Positions 9,158-19,417 of a stretch of 52,920 nucleotides of DNA are shown here, in pieces. Source of the DNA: Pelomyxa schiedti. Its lineage: Eukaryota; Protista; Evosea. The position numbers and the translations under genes were made by a program. Position 1 is the first letter of the stretch. Each line of letters starts with the position of its first letter. The stretch spans positions 1-52,920 of the forward strand of contig JAHLWZ010000073.1 in NCBI GenBank assembly GCA_020536535.1, given 5' to 3'. A model generated the notes under the pieces. It was given only the letters and a program-made list of their open reading frames with translations, made no database searches and was not told the DNA's origin.

Positions 9158-11911
9158 ACAGAACAAAAACATTGGACTCACCTTTGGGGGATTTTGAGGC
9201 CAATAAAGGTCAAGAGTCATTGAGACACTGATTGAAGGCCAAAGATGTGGTATTACATCATTTCAATGCAATGTTCATTGCAACCTTTTTTTGTTGGGGG
9301 TATCCCAAGATTACTTCGACGAAGTTCCGACAAAAACAACGGTTTTTCTGGCTACAGGTACTTATGGGAAGGTTTTCCGCGCCTGTTCTGTTTGAAAGAG
9401 AGCAAGGACAATTACGAAAATAACAGTATTCCGGTCTATTTATTTTTATTAACTCAACTGTTTCGAGGTATTGCACCATTATTTTCTGTTTTCGCAGTAC
9501 TTGTTCTAATTATTCATTCCACTGCTGGTGTATTTATTAGAACCGGAAATGGCCACAATAGGTGTTACTTGCGCTCAACCCAACAGACAAAATATCTCAG
9601 CTAGAAATTCCAAACCTAATTAAAGTCTGTGAGGTAAATAATAAAAAGAAAAAAGAAGCGACATAGCAGTGCCACAAGGTGCCGAAATGCAGAAACGAGG
9701 GGTATGATGGCACTTTTAGGATATTCTCGGCACTGAAGCGCACATTTCCGACAATGCATCTTACAAAAGGATTGGTGCAGAAATGATGGGAAGCATGCAT
9801 ACGACATCTGGAAATGGTTCTGACAAAGATGGGAATACTAGATATGTGAATTTAAATCATCCAAAGCTATGTAAAATTATTCCAACTCTGCTTATCTATT
9901 TCGTTTGTATTTATTTGTTGTTTTATTGGTTTGTATTTGCGTTTTATTAAGCAGTTAATGCGTTGCATGCAACATAGGTGAAAATGCAAGAATGGGAAAC
10001 CAGGATTTACCATAAGTTCACCAAGAGCAAGGAAATGGCTCAACTTTTCAAATCGGACCTATTTCTTGAGTCAGAAGAGGAACTGGAATGGGCATTGAGG
10101 CCTCTGGAGGAAGCAGGATGAGTCCAACCAGCTGCGCCAACATACCGCAATTGCAGAGAGCAGTCTAATCCAAATTAGTGCGGAAATGGAGAGGACCATG
10201 TGTACAACGCTCGGCAAGTGTGATTACAACTGCGGAGGTGCTAAATATGTGCATTCAGAACTGAAACCAAAAGGAAATCACAAAAACCAAATCGTAGCTG
10301 AACTTCCCCTTCAGTGCGCTGTGTAATGTAAGGAATTATCTTACAGCAAGTGGAGCCATACCAAGAACAGGATGATGTGGTTCAAGTATGGTATTCACTC
10401 AAGCTGGAGAATGCCCATACTAATTGGTTGCCGGAATTAGGAGACAGTTTACAATCATGAATTTGCGAGCCACACAAAAGTCACTTTATATCCTGGGATC
10501 TGTTGGTCAGGGATTACATCTAGCCAAGAGTTGATTCCTATTGGGCAAAGTCAGACATAGGAATTGCAACAATCCTGGACATAACACAAGGCTTTCTGAC
10601 AAGAAGCCAAGGTGCAGGATTACCCTGATACCGTCAGCACAAGTAGTTCTTCAGCGGATCTGAACATCTGAAGAAATTGAGTCCACATGCTGGATTTCAT
10701 CTCATATGAAATGAACCTGGAGTAATTTCTCCTCCAACCCAGCACAGTCCCAATATGATCCATTGGCATACATGCAGGCTGGAATACAACCTTCAAGCAC
10801 TTCTGTCAGCGAATCCCTGGCCATTAATTAGTCAGCTTTTATATAAGAGGGGACTGCATACCAACGCAAAGGAATCGTCGCTACTTCTGCCAGGCTTTGC
10901 GCATAATTCTGAGGATTCTACAATTGGATGAGTCCTTTGGAGATAGGGACCACAAAGGGCATACCTAGAATGCTGCAGAACAACTGGTAGCACAGCTGAA
11001 CTCAGCAGAGTTGTTGCAAAGCTGGGAGTTGAGTCAGGAAAACCAAAGCCGATGTTCAGCACCATGTTTATTGGGGCCAATGCGTTTTACAGAGGCAAGC
11101 ATTATGCAACAATACGAGGAACAATGCAGTACTGATTGCTGGATAATAATCAACAAACCGATTTCACATACCACCAATTTCCAATCAATATTTCTACCAG
11201 GGAGAACTATGCACCAATCCAAGTTACGCCAGTTTTGAAATACAAATTCGTGGTGCTCAGCTCTTTGAAAGTAATACCGAGTCACACCAAAGCTTGATGG
11301 TAGGGCATGAACCACATGAACAGTGCATTCAGCAGCATTTCTAATGCTACAGAATCGTGAGAAGCAAACCAAAATACAAAAGTCAGCAGAGGCTCAAGAA
11401 AAACGAAACGCTGTGCACGTGGAAGCAGAACACCTGAGGCAGGTAGTAAAAGAAACAAATCAGGTGCCGCAGCCAACAATGGCAAGGAACACGTTTGTGG
11501 TTGAAACGAACGCTGGACACACATTGGACAAGCAATACAAGTTATTATTCCCCTCACATCAAAAAAGGAAAAAAAAAAAAAAAACCGTACCTCCGCCACA
11601 AACCTCCTCGTGATTCATCGGCTGTTAGTCACCATCACTCCATCAACACCTGTTAATAGATACACTCGCCGCACCATCCGCCGCCGATCAACGCTTAGTT
11701 AGTTTAACTTAGGAGTCGTATCTACGGGTTTATTCTTTTCACCTTTGATTGTTTCTACTCACACTTTTTATGTGGTCGACGGTGACCGCAGCAACTCCTT
11801 TGTCTTGTTTCGTAGTGAGTGGTGTGGATGAGTGAGTCATTTTGATCCCAAAACAAGCATACACGCGCAGCTTTAAAGACGAAAACGATTCGTGTCACAG
11901 GCCTGTTGATC

Positions 11912-13267
11912 ATGACAAGTGAGTTTCAGGTCGGGCCTGTTGACGTGTCGGCCAGCACCACCGTCCGAGACCAGATGGGCGCCCTGGCCGCGGCGGCCGC
12001 GGTCGCGCGGTGCGGGGCGGGGAGCCCCATGGTGGCCGTCATGGGCCGCGGCCACGCCGCCTGGCTCGTCCGCACCCTGTGGGCCGACCTCGTCCGCCCC
12101 ACCCTGCGCCTGTTTGTGGTCGACGTGACCGGGGTGTGCCGGCAGGGGCCAGACACCGCCTGCAGGGTTCCCCACGGCGCCTCCTTCCGGCTCTCCCCGC
12201 TGCTCCTGGGCGTGGCCTGCGGCCCTCGGCTTCCCCCCACCCCCTACGGGACCACTCGCGTCGGCCCCGGCAGCATCTCGCTGTGGCTGCACCGCGGCCG
12301 AGGGATGCTTGCCGTCTGCGACCTGCTGGCCAACTCCATGCCCAGAAGGGAGGCCGTGCCCGTGGCCAATGCACCGTGGGATGGCCACGTGGTCGGATCC
12401 AGGTGGGCAGCTACTGTCGGGAGAACAAGGAATCCAGTGGCATCAGCCAAGGCACCTGGAAGCGCTTCCAAACACATCGACGCCGAAGTGAGCCTGACTG
12501 TTGCGGAGATGATTCGCGGGGTGGCTGTGTCTGCTGGTGGTTGCCTTTGTGGTTGCGGTGATGATGGGGACCTTGGATACACTGTTGTTGTGGGCGTGCC
12601 ACAGTTCGCGGGCAGTGAGGGCCGAGTGCAAATGTTCCCGGACCAGTCAGTCGAGAGTGAGGTCATTGTCACTCACTCCACGGCCAACCGCACCCTGATT
12701 CTGGTTGTTGATGTGGAGCAGACACACAACAGCAGGAGCCTGGCTGTGCTGAGCACAACGAGGTGTGAGTTCCCACCTGGCTACTTGTTTCAGTATCTCG
12801 TTGTGATGAGGAACTGGGGCCAGTGTTCTTCTTCACCTTTTGGGTCGCGCACGTTCATTGTCACAACTCATTTCAAGCGTTCATTTTATGAAGTGTTCCG
12901 TGTGCAGGAACACACTGCCATTTTCATGCCAATCATGCGCCACGTGTCTGGTGTCTTCAGTCTGTCTGACTCTCTGTTCTGTCTCTCATTCTATGCCAAG
13001 AAACTGCGGGATTATTTCTATCTCTACCACTTTGGTGACCCAACTCACCCACATGACATTGCTCAGTCCTTCCCATATCCCAAGTCCTGCAAGCAAGTCA
13101 AAGCGAAAAGGTTCCTGGCAAAGTCTGGGCTCATGTTCCGCGTGTTAGTCAGCAACGTCATTGAGGTTATTGAGCCAAAAACAGGGTTTCTGTGCCTCAC
13201 AATCGGTTTCCCCGGTCTCAAGTCAATCGAGGTTCCAACAACACCCTTCTCCTGTTGGGTTTATTGA
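11912..13267 (+). CDS. Hypothetical protein, intronless, member of the lineage-specific 'DQ(F/M)xALA' family
   Basis: 451-codon ORF. N-terminal RDQMGALAAA...RCGAGSP and C-terminal IEVIEPKTGFLCL resemble terminal motifs of 41929-43243 and 49192-50380. Confidence 0.8.
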   Translation: MTSEFQVGPVDVSASTTVRDQMGALAAAAAVARCGAGSPMVAVMGRGHAAWLVRTLWADLVRPTLRLFVVDVTGVCRQGPDTACRVPHGASFRLSPLLLGVACGPRLPPTPYGTTRVGPGSISLWLHRGRGMLAVCDLLANSMPRREAVPVANAPWDGHVVGSRWAATVGRTRNPVASAKAPGSASKHIDAEVSLTVAEMIRGVAVSAGGCLCGCGDDGDLGYTVVVGVPQFAGSEGRVQMFPDQSVESEVIVTHSTANRTLILVVDVEQTHNSRSLAVLSTTRCEFPPGYLFQYLVVMRNWGQCSSSPFGSRTFIVTTHFKRSFYEVFRVQEHTAIFMPIMRHVSGVFSLSDSLFCLSFYAKKLRDYFYLYHFGDPTHPHDIAQSFPYPKSCKQVKAKRFLAKSGLMFRVLVSNVIEVIEPKTGFLCLTIGFPGLKSIEVPTTPFSCWVY

Positions 13268-13414
13268 TTGTTCTCGCTTTTTCTTGGTCCTGGGGTGCAT
13301 CACACAACATCACCATAAGGAACACCGCCGAGACCCCGAAATGCTCACTGGCCGCCACTACGTCGGCGATGTGTAGTACTAGTACCCGAGTAACTGTAAA
13401 TGTCCTTACAGCTG

Positions 13415-13425
13415 AAAAAAGAAAA
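13415..13425 (-). terminator. Pol III oligo-T terminator of the tRNA-Gln-like gene
   Basis: TTTTCTTTTTT on the minus strand, 3 nt after the discriminator base. Confidence 0.55.
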
Positions 13426-13428
13426 TTA

Positions 13429-13500
13429 TGGCCCCGCTCAGAATCGAACTGAGATCAATAGAGCCAAAATCTCCCATACTAACCATTCTCCTACGGAGCC
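13429..13500 (-). tRNA. tRNA-Gln(TTG)-like gene, degenerate D and anticodon stems (possible pseudo-tRNA)
   Basis: Minus strand: GGCTCCG TA GGAG AATGGTTA GTAT G GGAGA TTTTGGC TCTAT TGAT CTCAG TTCGATT CTGAG CGGGGCC A. Acceptor and T arms pair fully and an oligo-T follows. Confidence 0.6.
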
Positions 13501-13599
13501 TCCCTGTTCTTATCTCTCAAGTTGACGGCGCCTAGAACACCTGGGAGAAGGCACAAACAGTTGAATGGGCCCTCGTTCTGAGGGCGGGACTTCAGAAAT

Positions 13600-13689
13600 G
13601 CTCTGGTAGCTCAGTTGGTTAGAGCGCGGTACTTATAAGAACAGTATTGAGTGATGCTGAGGTCGTGGGTTCGATCCCCACCCGGAGCA
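13600..13689 (+). tRNA. tRNA-Ile-TAT: tRNA-Ile(TAT) with 16-nt intron (13638-13653)
   Basis: GCTCTGG/CCGGAGC acceptor stem, TAGCTCAGTTGGTTAGAGC A-box/D-arm, anticodon TAT at 13634-13636, intron at the canonical 37/38 position, GGTTCGATCC T-loop. Confidence 0.93.
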
Positions 13690-13692
13690 TAA

Positions 13693-13698
13693 TTTTTT
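13693..13698 (+). terminator. Pol III oligo-T terminator of tRNA-Ile
   Basis: T6 run 3 nt after the tRNA 3' end. Confidence 0.7.
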
Positions 13699-13936
13699 GT
13701 GGAGTTCGTTGGTCTGTTCAAACTGTTGGCTCGTTTCCGAGATTTTCGTTATCGTCGCTCAAGATCGGCGGTCTGGTGTTTTTTTTATTCAGCCACATGT
13801 CGAGACCATTCGCCACAGCCCGCGTTGCAAAAGTAACGAAAATCAAGTTTCCGTGAGTCGGGTTCTGCGCAGATGATTAAGTGCTTTTAGTCGCCGACCA
13901 AAACAAGGTTTTTTATCCTCGTAAACAAGAATCTTC

Positions 13937-15719
13937 TTAGTGCCAGGATTTATAGAGAAGAATTGCGGCAGAAAGAGGGAGAAGCAGGCAGAACACCAAG
14001 AAGATTATAAGAGGCCAGGATAGTTTCTTAACCGGTGGTTTGCATTCTTTGACAAGAGTCCATTGATTCCACGATAAACACTAGACTTGTAAGTTCATGG
14101 GTCATTTGAAAATAGTGGGAACCTGTCTGACATCAGGCAAAATTTTATCCACAACGCGAATTTCAAATGGTCCATTGTGGAGAATACTGTTATCAGTGCG
14201 ATCACTCCAATTGAACAAGCACCCGGATGTATCAGGACCACTTTGTTCCAGTTAGGTTTGTGTTGTCAATCGAGTAAAAGTCATACAAAGGATTCAGCTC
14301 TATGACTCGAACTCTGTCATTGAGAACCTGAAGGTCCACAACAAAGTTTGTGAGCGATTTTACAGCTGGGATAATGGTTCCCTGGAGGAATTCACATATT
14401 CGGCGGCCTATTACTGCCTTATTTTTGGCCACATCAGGCCAATACTGATAATAGCAATACTGCGAAATGGCCTGGACTTGTTGTAAGTGGGAAGAGAGTT
14501 TTAGTATGGTTATCATGTACACACTGTAACATTGCTTCCACTGATAAAAGCACGAAACTCTTGATGTGGCATCATTGGAACCCACTCACGAACAATGATA
14601 CTAAATTGTGAAACTAGTTTAGGATGATCTAGAGCACGCATTAAATCACCGTAGACTCTTTCACTGTTCACTAAGAGCTTTTCGAAATTGAATTACTGAA
14701 GAAGAACTTTGGTGGAGCGACGGCAAACCATACCTGCATTGCTTGCTCAGCGTTTGTAATTTTCATAGCCAAACGTGTAGCCGTGACAACAGCAACTTGT
14801 AAAGAGTGAGAGCGTTGATAAACTTTGATCAAAAGAATACTTGTATCAGAATTGTCACTTCCATCCCCTTTACTAAGGAGATGCTTTAAAATAATTTTGT
14901 ATTCTGGGCGTTGAAGGGCTGCATCTTTTGGGCTAGTGCATGAAGTTACTTTCAACATCAAAGCAGGGGAAATAAGTAGATAAATAAAAAGTCACCTTCG
15001 TGTACTTAGTTTTACAAAGGCAGCCCCCTCAAATTCCATAATGGCCTCCTGTACCTTGGCCACAACCTTCAACAAAAACAAGTTGATGGTTAAAAAATGT
15101 AACAGCATTGCTATTTACAACGTATAGGTAATAATTACTTAACACCAAGGGAGCAAAAAGGCAAGATAGAAGCCATATATAGCCAGAGAAGGGAGGGCAA
15201 GAGAACATAACAGCACAGAAGGAGGAGTGATTCTTGATTTAATTTATTTATTTATTTTATTTTATTTTATTTTATTTTTTTTTTTTTTTGGGAAGGGTTG
15301 GTGAGTGACACCTACATACATCAACCAACGAAGGTGACTTTAGAGCAGGGGCGGGATCCTCCTTGTTCCTACAGGAACAACAGGCCCTGTACATGTCCTT
15401 CCTCTGTTCTGGCGACAGGGGAATCACTCTGCTCCTGGGCGTGCATCCAAGAGGTGCCAGTGCAGGGTACCACGCCTCGAATGAGCAGCCAAATATGGCG
15501 GCCGCGTGCTCGTCGTCCTGCAAAGGGGAAGGGAGGAGAGAGGGTACCGGCCAATGAGGCAGGGGAAGGCGGGTAAGCCGTTGGTGTTGGGTTGCGGTGC
15601 GCGAATGTGGCGAGGTGAGGAATGCACTGTTGGGATTATGGGATGGGCTTCGCACGTACGGTTGAGGCGACGCCAGGGAGCGTGGTACTGTCCGACAACC
15701 GAAACCTGAGGTCGGTCAT
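13937..15719 (-). CDS. CDC123/D123-like ATP-grasp (R2K clade) protein with C-terminal transmembrane segment
   Basis: Spliced motifs CSFEAWYP, SCTSPKDA, EFRAFISG..AISQY, VIELNP and GCLFNW...NGPFEIRVV. Last exon ends WPLIIFLVFCLLLPLSAAILLYKSWH*. Confidence 0.8.
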
Positions 15720-15906
15720 TTCTTTTTGGGTTTCTTTCGATCTTGATCTCGTTATCGTAATTTGACCTTTGGCGTTTGACTAGTCACCTCTGGTACCTTC
15801 CAGAGGTAGGACTGTGAGACACTTGACAAAAACAAAAAAACTTTGTATAATAGCAGACAGAATTTGGGTTGGGACAAAAGTGGGTGAATCAAATCACTGC
15901 TTTGTG

Positions 15907-17275
15907 TCATACAGGTTTTGGGTTAAGGTTACGGAAAGCATATTCAGTGGCAGCAACATCAGCAAGACTGCCATAAACATTAGGTTCACGGTGGAATAAC
16001 TGTAGTCCATGGGATTCCAGGCACTGAAAAATTTTCCAGGTTTTCTGCACAACTTGCATGGAGGTGATGGAGTGTCTATCTTTGTTTTGCCAGTGCACCT
16101 CTAACTAGTAAATGTGAGCCCTTGGCCATTATATTGGAAAAAACTTACTAGAAGGTGCCCAATCCACGGAAAGGTTGTTTGGTTGCATAACGCTGGAATA
16201 GTATCCCACTCGCTACCCTCTATATCCATTTTTAGAACGTCGAGGTGAGTGTGACCCAGTTCGTTCATTATGGTTTGTAAAGATTTTTCATTCCGATAAG
16301 GTTCATCTCTACCAATGCGGACCTGTAGTTAGGGGAATAATAATTCTTAAAAATTTTTGAGGCTATAAGCATAAAATCACCTGGTGATAGGTAGCCCGAA
16401 GAGTTCCCAAGTTATAATGAGCTGGATCAAACACGTGCACCTCACATTGATTGTGTGTTATTATATTAAAATTCCTCTCAAAATCTGTGACTCCAAAGCA
16501 CCCTAAGCTGTAGGCAACACATGGTGCTCTAATCAAATCTGCTCCGCACATCCACTTTCCTCCGTCAATCAAGTTACCTTGGAATAAGTCAGAAGTCTTA
16601 TTTGGAAACAAAAATGGTCAAGGGAATGTAAAAAATACCAATTCTATCCTCTTTGAGCATACACTGATAGACGGGTTCAAAGAGATCAAACACTTGAGCA
16701 TCGCCATACATCAGCATACTCCTTGGGAACGAATTTTGTGCTAAAGCCACGTCCACCTCTTTTCTCAAGCCATTCAAAAATTCCCTTCACACAACAACAA
16801 TTAAAACAATTAAGGCGATTGGTCGCGTACTACAATAGCAATAACAATAACAATAATAATAACAACATACTACTCCCCACACTTGGATAATAATAGCAAC
16901 AACATATACCCACAATCAAGCTAGTAAGTACCTTGGAGCCATAGCCTCCGTTGCCACCGGCAAATTCACAGGAGCAGGAGGAGGAGGGGGTGGAGGAGGA
17001 CACTCTTGGCACGTTTCGCACTCTGGGCACATCTGACACTCTGGGCACACATGCGCAGGACACACCGGGCAATCTTTATGAGGTGGGTTTGTTGGCGCCG
17101 CGATTGTGTGTGTTTGCTGCTGTTGTTGTTGCTGCTGGTTGTGAGGGGGCTGCGTGGGGTGGTTTAGGGCGTCGCCGGGTGGGTGTGGCTTGGCCCAGAT
17201 GTTGTACAGCATCGCTGTGTACAGACCCAGGGTCAGGGCCAAGCACAGTCCGTAAAGCACATACGCCCGTCTCAT
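15907..17275 (-). CDS. Type II membrane Methyltransf_22/FkbM-like (METTL24-like) protein
   Basis: N-terminal TM, Gln/Pro- and CPxC-rich stem, then DGGKWMC, VAYSLG..DFE, EVHVFDP, KMDIEGSEW and FHREPN motifs. Confidence 0.85.
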
Positions 17276-17488
17276 CGTCTACTACTTATGGGTGCCAAAA
17301 AGTCGAGCCACGACACACCGCCACTTGTACTGCACACCCAGCCCCCGAATTTCGCAACTCACGAATAACCAAGGAGAGAAAGAACGAAAACCGTTGTTCT
17401 TTTTTTGATGAGGATGCGGTGGTTGGGGAGTCACAAAGACAAAAACGAAAAGGAGCAAAAACGAAACAACGACGGTGATGGCTTGTTT

Positions 17489-19274
17489 TCAGTAGCGACG
17501 TGTGGAACCTCGGCCTCTGCCTCTGCCTCTGTTGTTGTAAGAGTAGGATGTGGTTGTGGACTGCATTGCTAGCTGCTGTTGTGACATTGGGTGGAAGTTG
17601 CTGGCCTGCCGGTACTGCTGGGTCTGTGGCTGGGGATTATTGTAGTAGGAGTAGGAGGAAGGTGGAGGGAGTGATGTCTGAGGTTGGGCAAGTGGAGGTG
17701 GGGGTGTATTGCTGGTAATGCTGTTGTTCACTGGGGATGTCGCTGTGGGTATTTGCAGCATGGACAGGAACTGTTCTGTTTGAGGGCTGTCGGCATATCT
17801 TTCCCCTGTGGCTGCTATTTAGAGGATGAACCTTTCTGAGGAGCGAACAAACCAGGAAAGTCGAAGGGGGTTTTGTATGACGTGAAACGCATAGAGCCTT
17901 TGTAGCCTAATGCTGTCTGCGAAAAGTTACACGGCACAGTGAGATCTTTCAGGCTTCCAAGAACGAAATTCATGTGCGTTGGAATCGACGCAACAATTGT
18001 CGGTGAGCTTGTTGGTGGGATTTACTTTCATGCAAGAAGAGCAGATTAACATACTAGGTTTGAAAGTTTGCATAATTTCCACTAAAGGAGAATGGTGTAG
18101 CTCCTCTAACAATAGCTAGCCATTCGGGATCATATTCAAGGGTCAGTGGGCCAGTTTTGTCTGGAAAGGTGATCACCTATGTCAATAGTGAATTGAATGT
18201 GACATACTTGGTGACAAGAATACTCACATCCATGAACTGATGACCAGGGAGAGCTTTATCCATTGCCACAAAAAAGTGCCCTTCAGGCGATGGCAAGGGT
18301 AGGGATAGAGGTGTAGTGAAGGGGATGTGCATGTGGCCTGAAAGCCAAAAACGAGGTTTAAGGGATAATAATAAATCTGTGTAGTACTGTAAGGAAAGTG
18401 AGTGGTTCAATCATAGGAATGAATCTTGACCTGACATCCAAGTGGTTCACACTTTATTCTAGTACAAAGCTGAGGATTTTTTTGCTGGGTCGCAACAGGA
18501 AAGTAAGGAGAAAGGTAAGGCCAATCGTGACTCATCACAATGTCTATTGGTTGTCTTATCTGGTGGCTTTATATCAGAAAGTTGGAAAGAGGACAACAAT
18601 ACTCACCATGGACAATTTCCCTAAATCAAACGAGCGAACGTGATATGCGCTCCGCTTGTGATCCTCTGTGTAAGGAGGAAACTCGAAGTGTCCTATGACA
18701 AGTGAGAAAACTTTGTGTGCTTGGAATACCAGAATACCTTTATTGAAATCGTATCCCTTGAAAATGCCAGAAAAGCCAGCAATCCGCAGGCCTCCATACC
18801 GAATAACACCAGAATACCCAAGGAAGTAAATATTGGGAGCTACCCATCCTCCATGAAACCTACTACCTTTAGTGTGGAAGTGGAAAAAGATTAAATATGT
18901 ACCCACAATTCCCTAAGGTGATTTTGAGCCTCATGATTACCCCCAACAAAAATGGTCATTACTGGCGCTGTTGCTTGACCATTGTAGTACTTGTAGAAGT
19001 CTTTGAATGTATGATATTTCGTGGGTCCAGCCAAGTTTGCCAAATCATACTCATTTCTCACCGCCTTGATGAGAAATTAAACAAACAAGCGCAAAGCAAA
19101 CAGGAAAAACGAGATGTCACCTCGAAGTCACCGCAACACAAAAGAAGGTGTATTTTAATCCCTCTTTGAGCCTCCTGTCTCCTTATTTCCGCATAAATGA
19201 GGTCCAGTTCTCCATGTGAGCACCCTACAACAGCCACCTTCTACAGTAAAAAAAAAAGCCACTGAGATCTTCAT
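17489..19274 (-). CDS. DBR1: RNA lariat debranching enzyme
   Basis: [64 protein letters not shown]-like and SPQTEQF motifs across many introns. Confidence 0.95.
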
Positions 19275-19417
19275 AAAAATGCACACGTTTATGCCACCAG
19301 TGTTCGTCGCCGCACTCGACATTTAGTTAATTTAATTTGTTTCTATTTTTCGGTGTCTGATAAAGGAAGGCTTTGTTTTTTGAAATTCCTGCTTCTTGTG
19401 TGGGATTTGGAGTGTGG

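Noticed and set aside
9700-9850. YDGTF as a MULE catalytic motif, and an in-frame TGA as selenocysteine or readthrough
   Set aside because: The flanking residues do not follow MULE consensus, neighbouring frames are equally open, and no SECIS-like element was recognised.
13340-13425. U2 snRNA call from GTGTAGTA plus a downstream hairpin
   Set aside because: The upstream U6-pairing sequence, stem IIa spacing and Sm site do not match U2, and an 8-mer can occur by chance. Kept only as a low-interest structured region.
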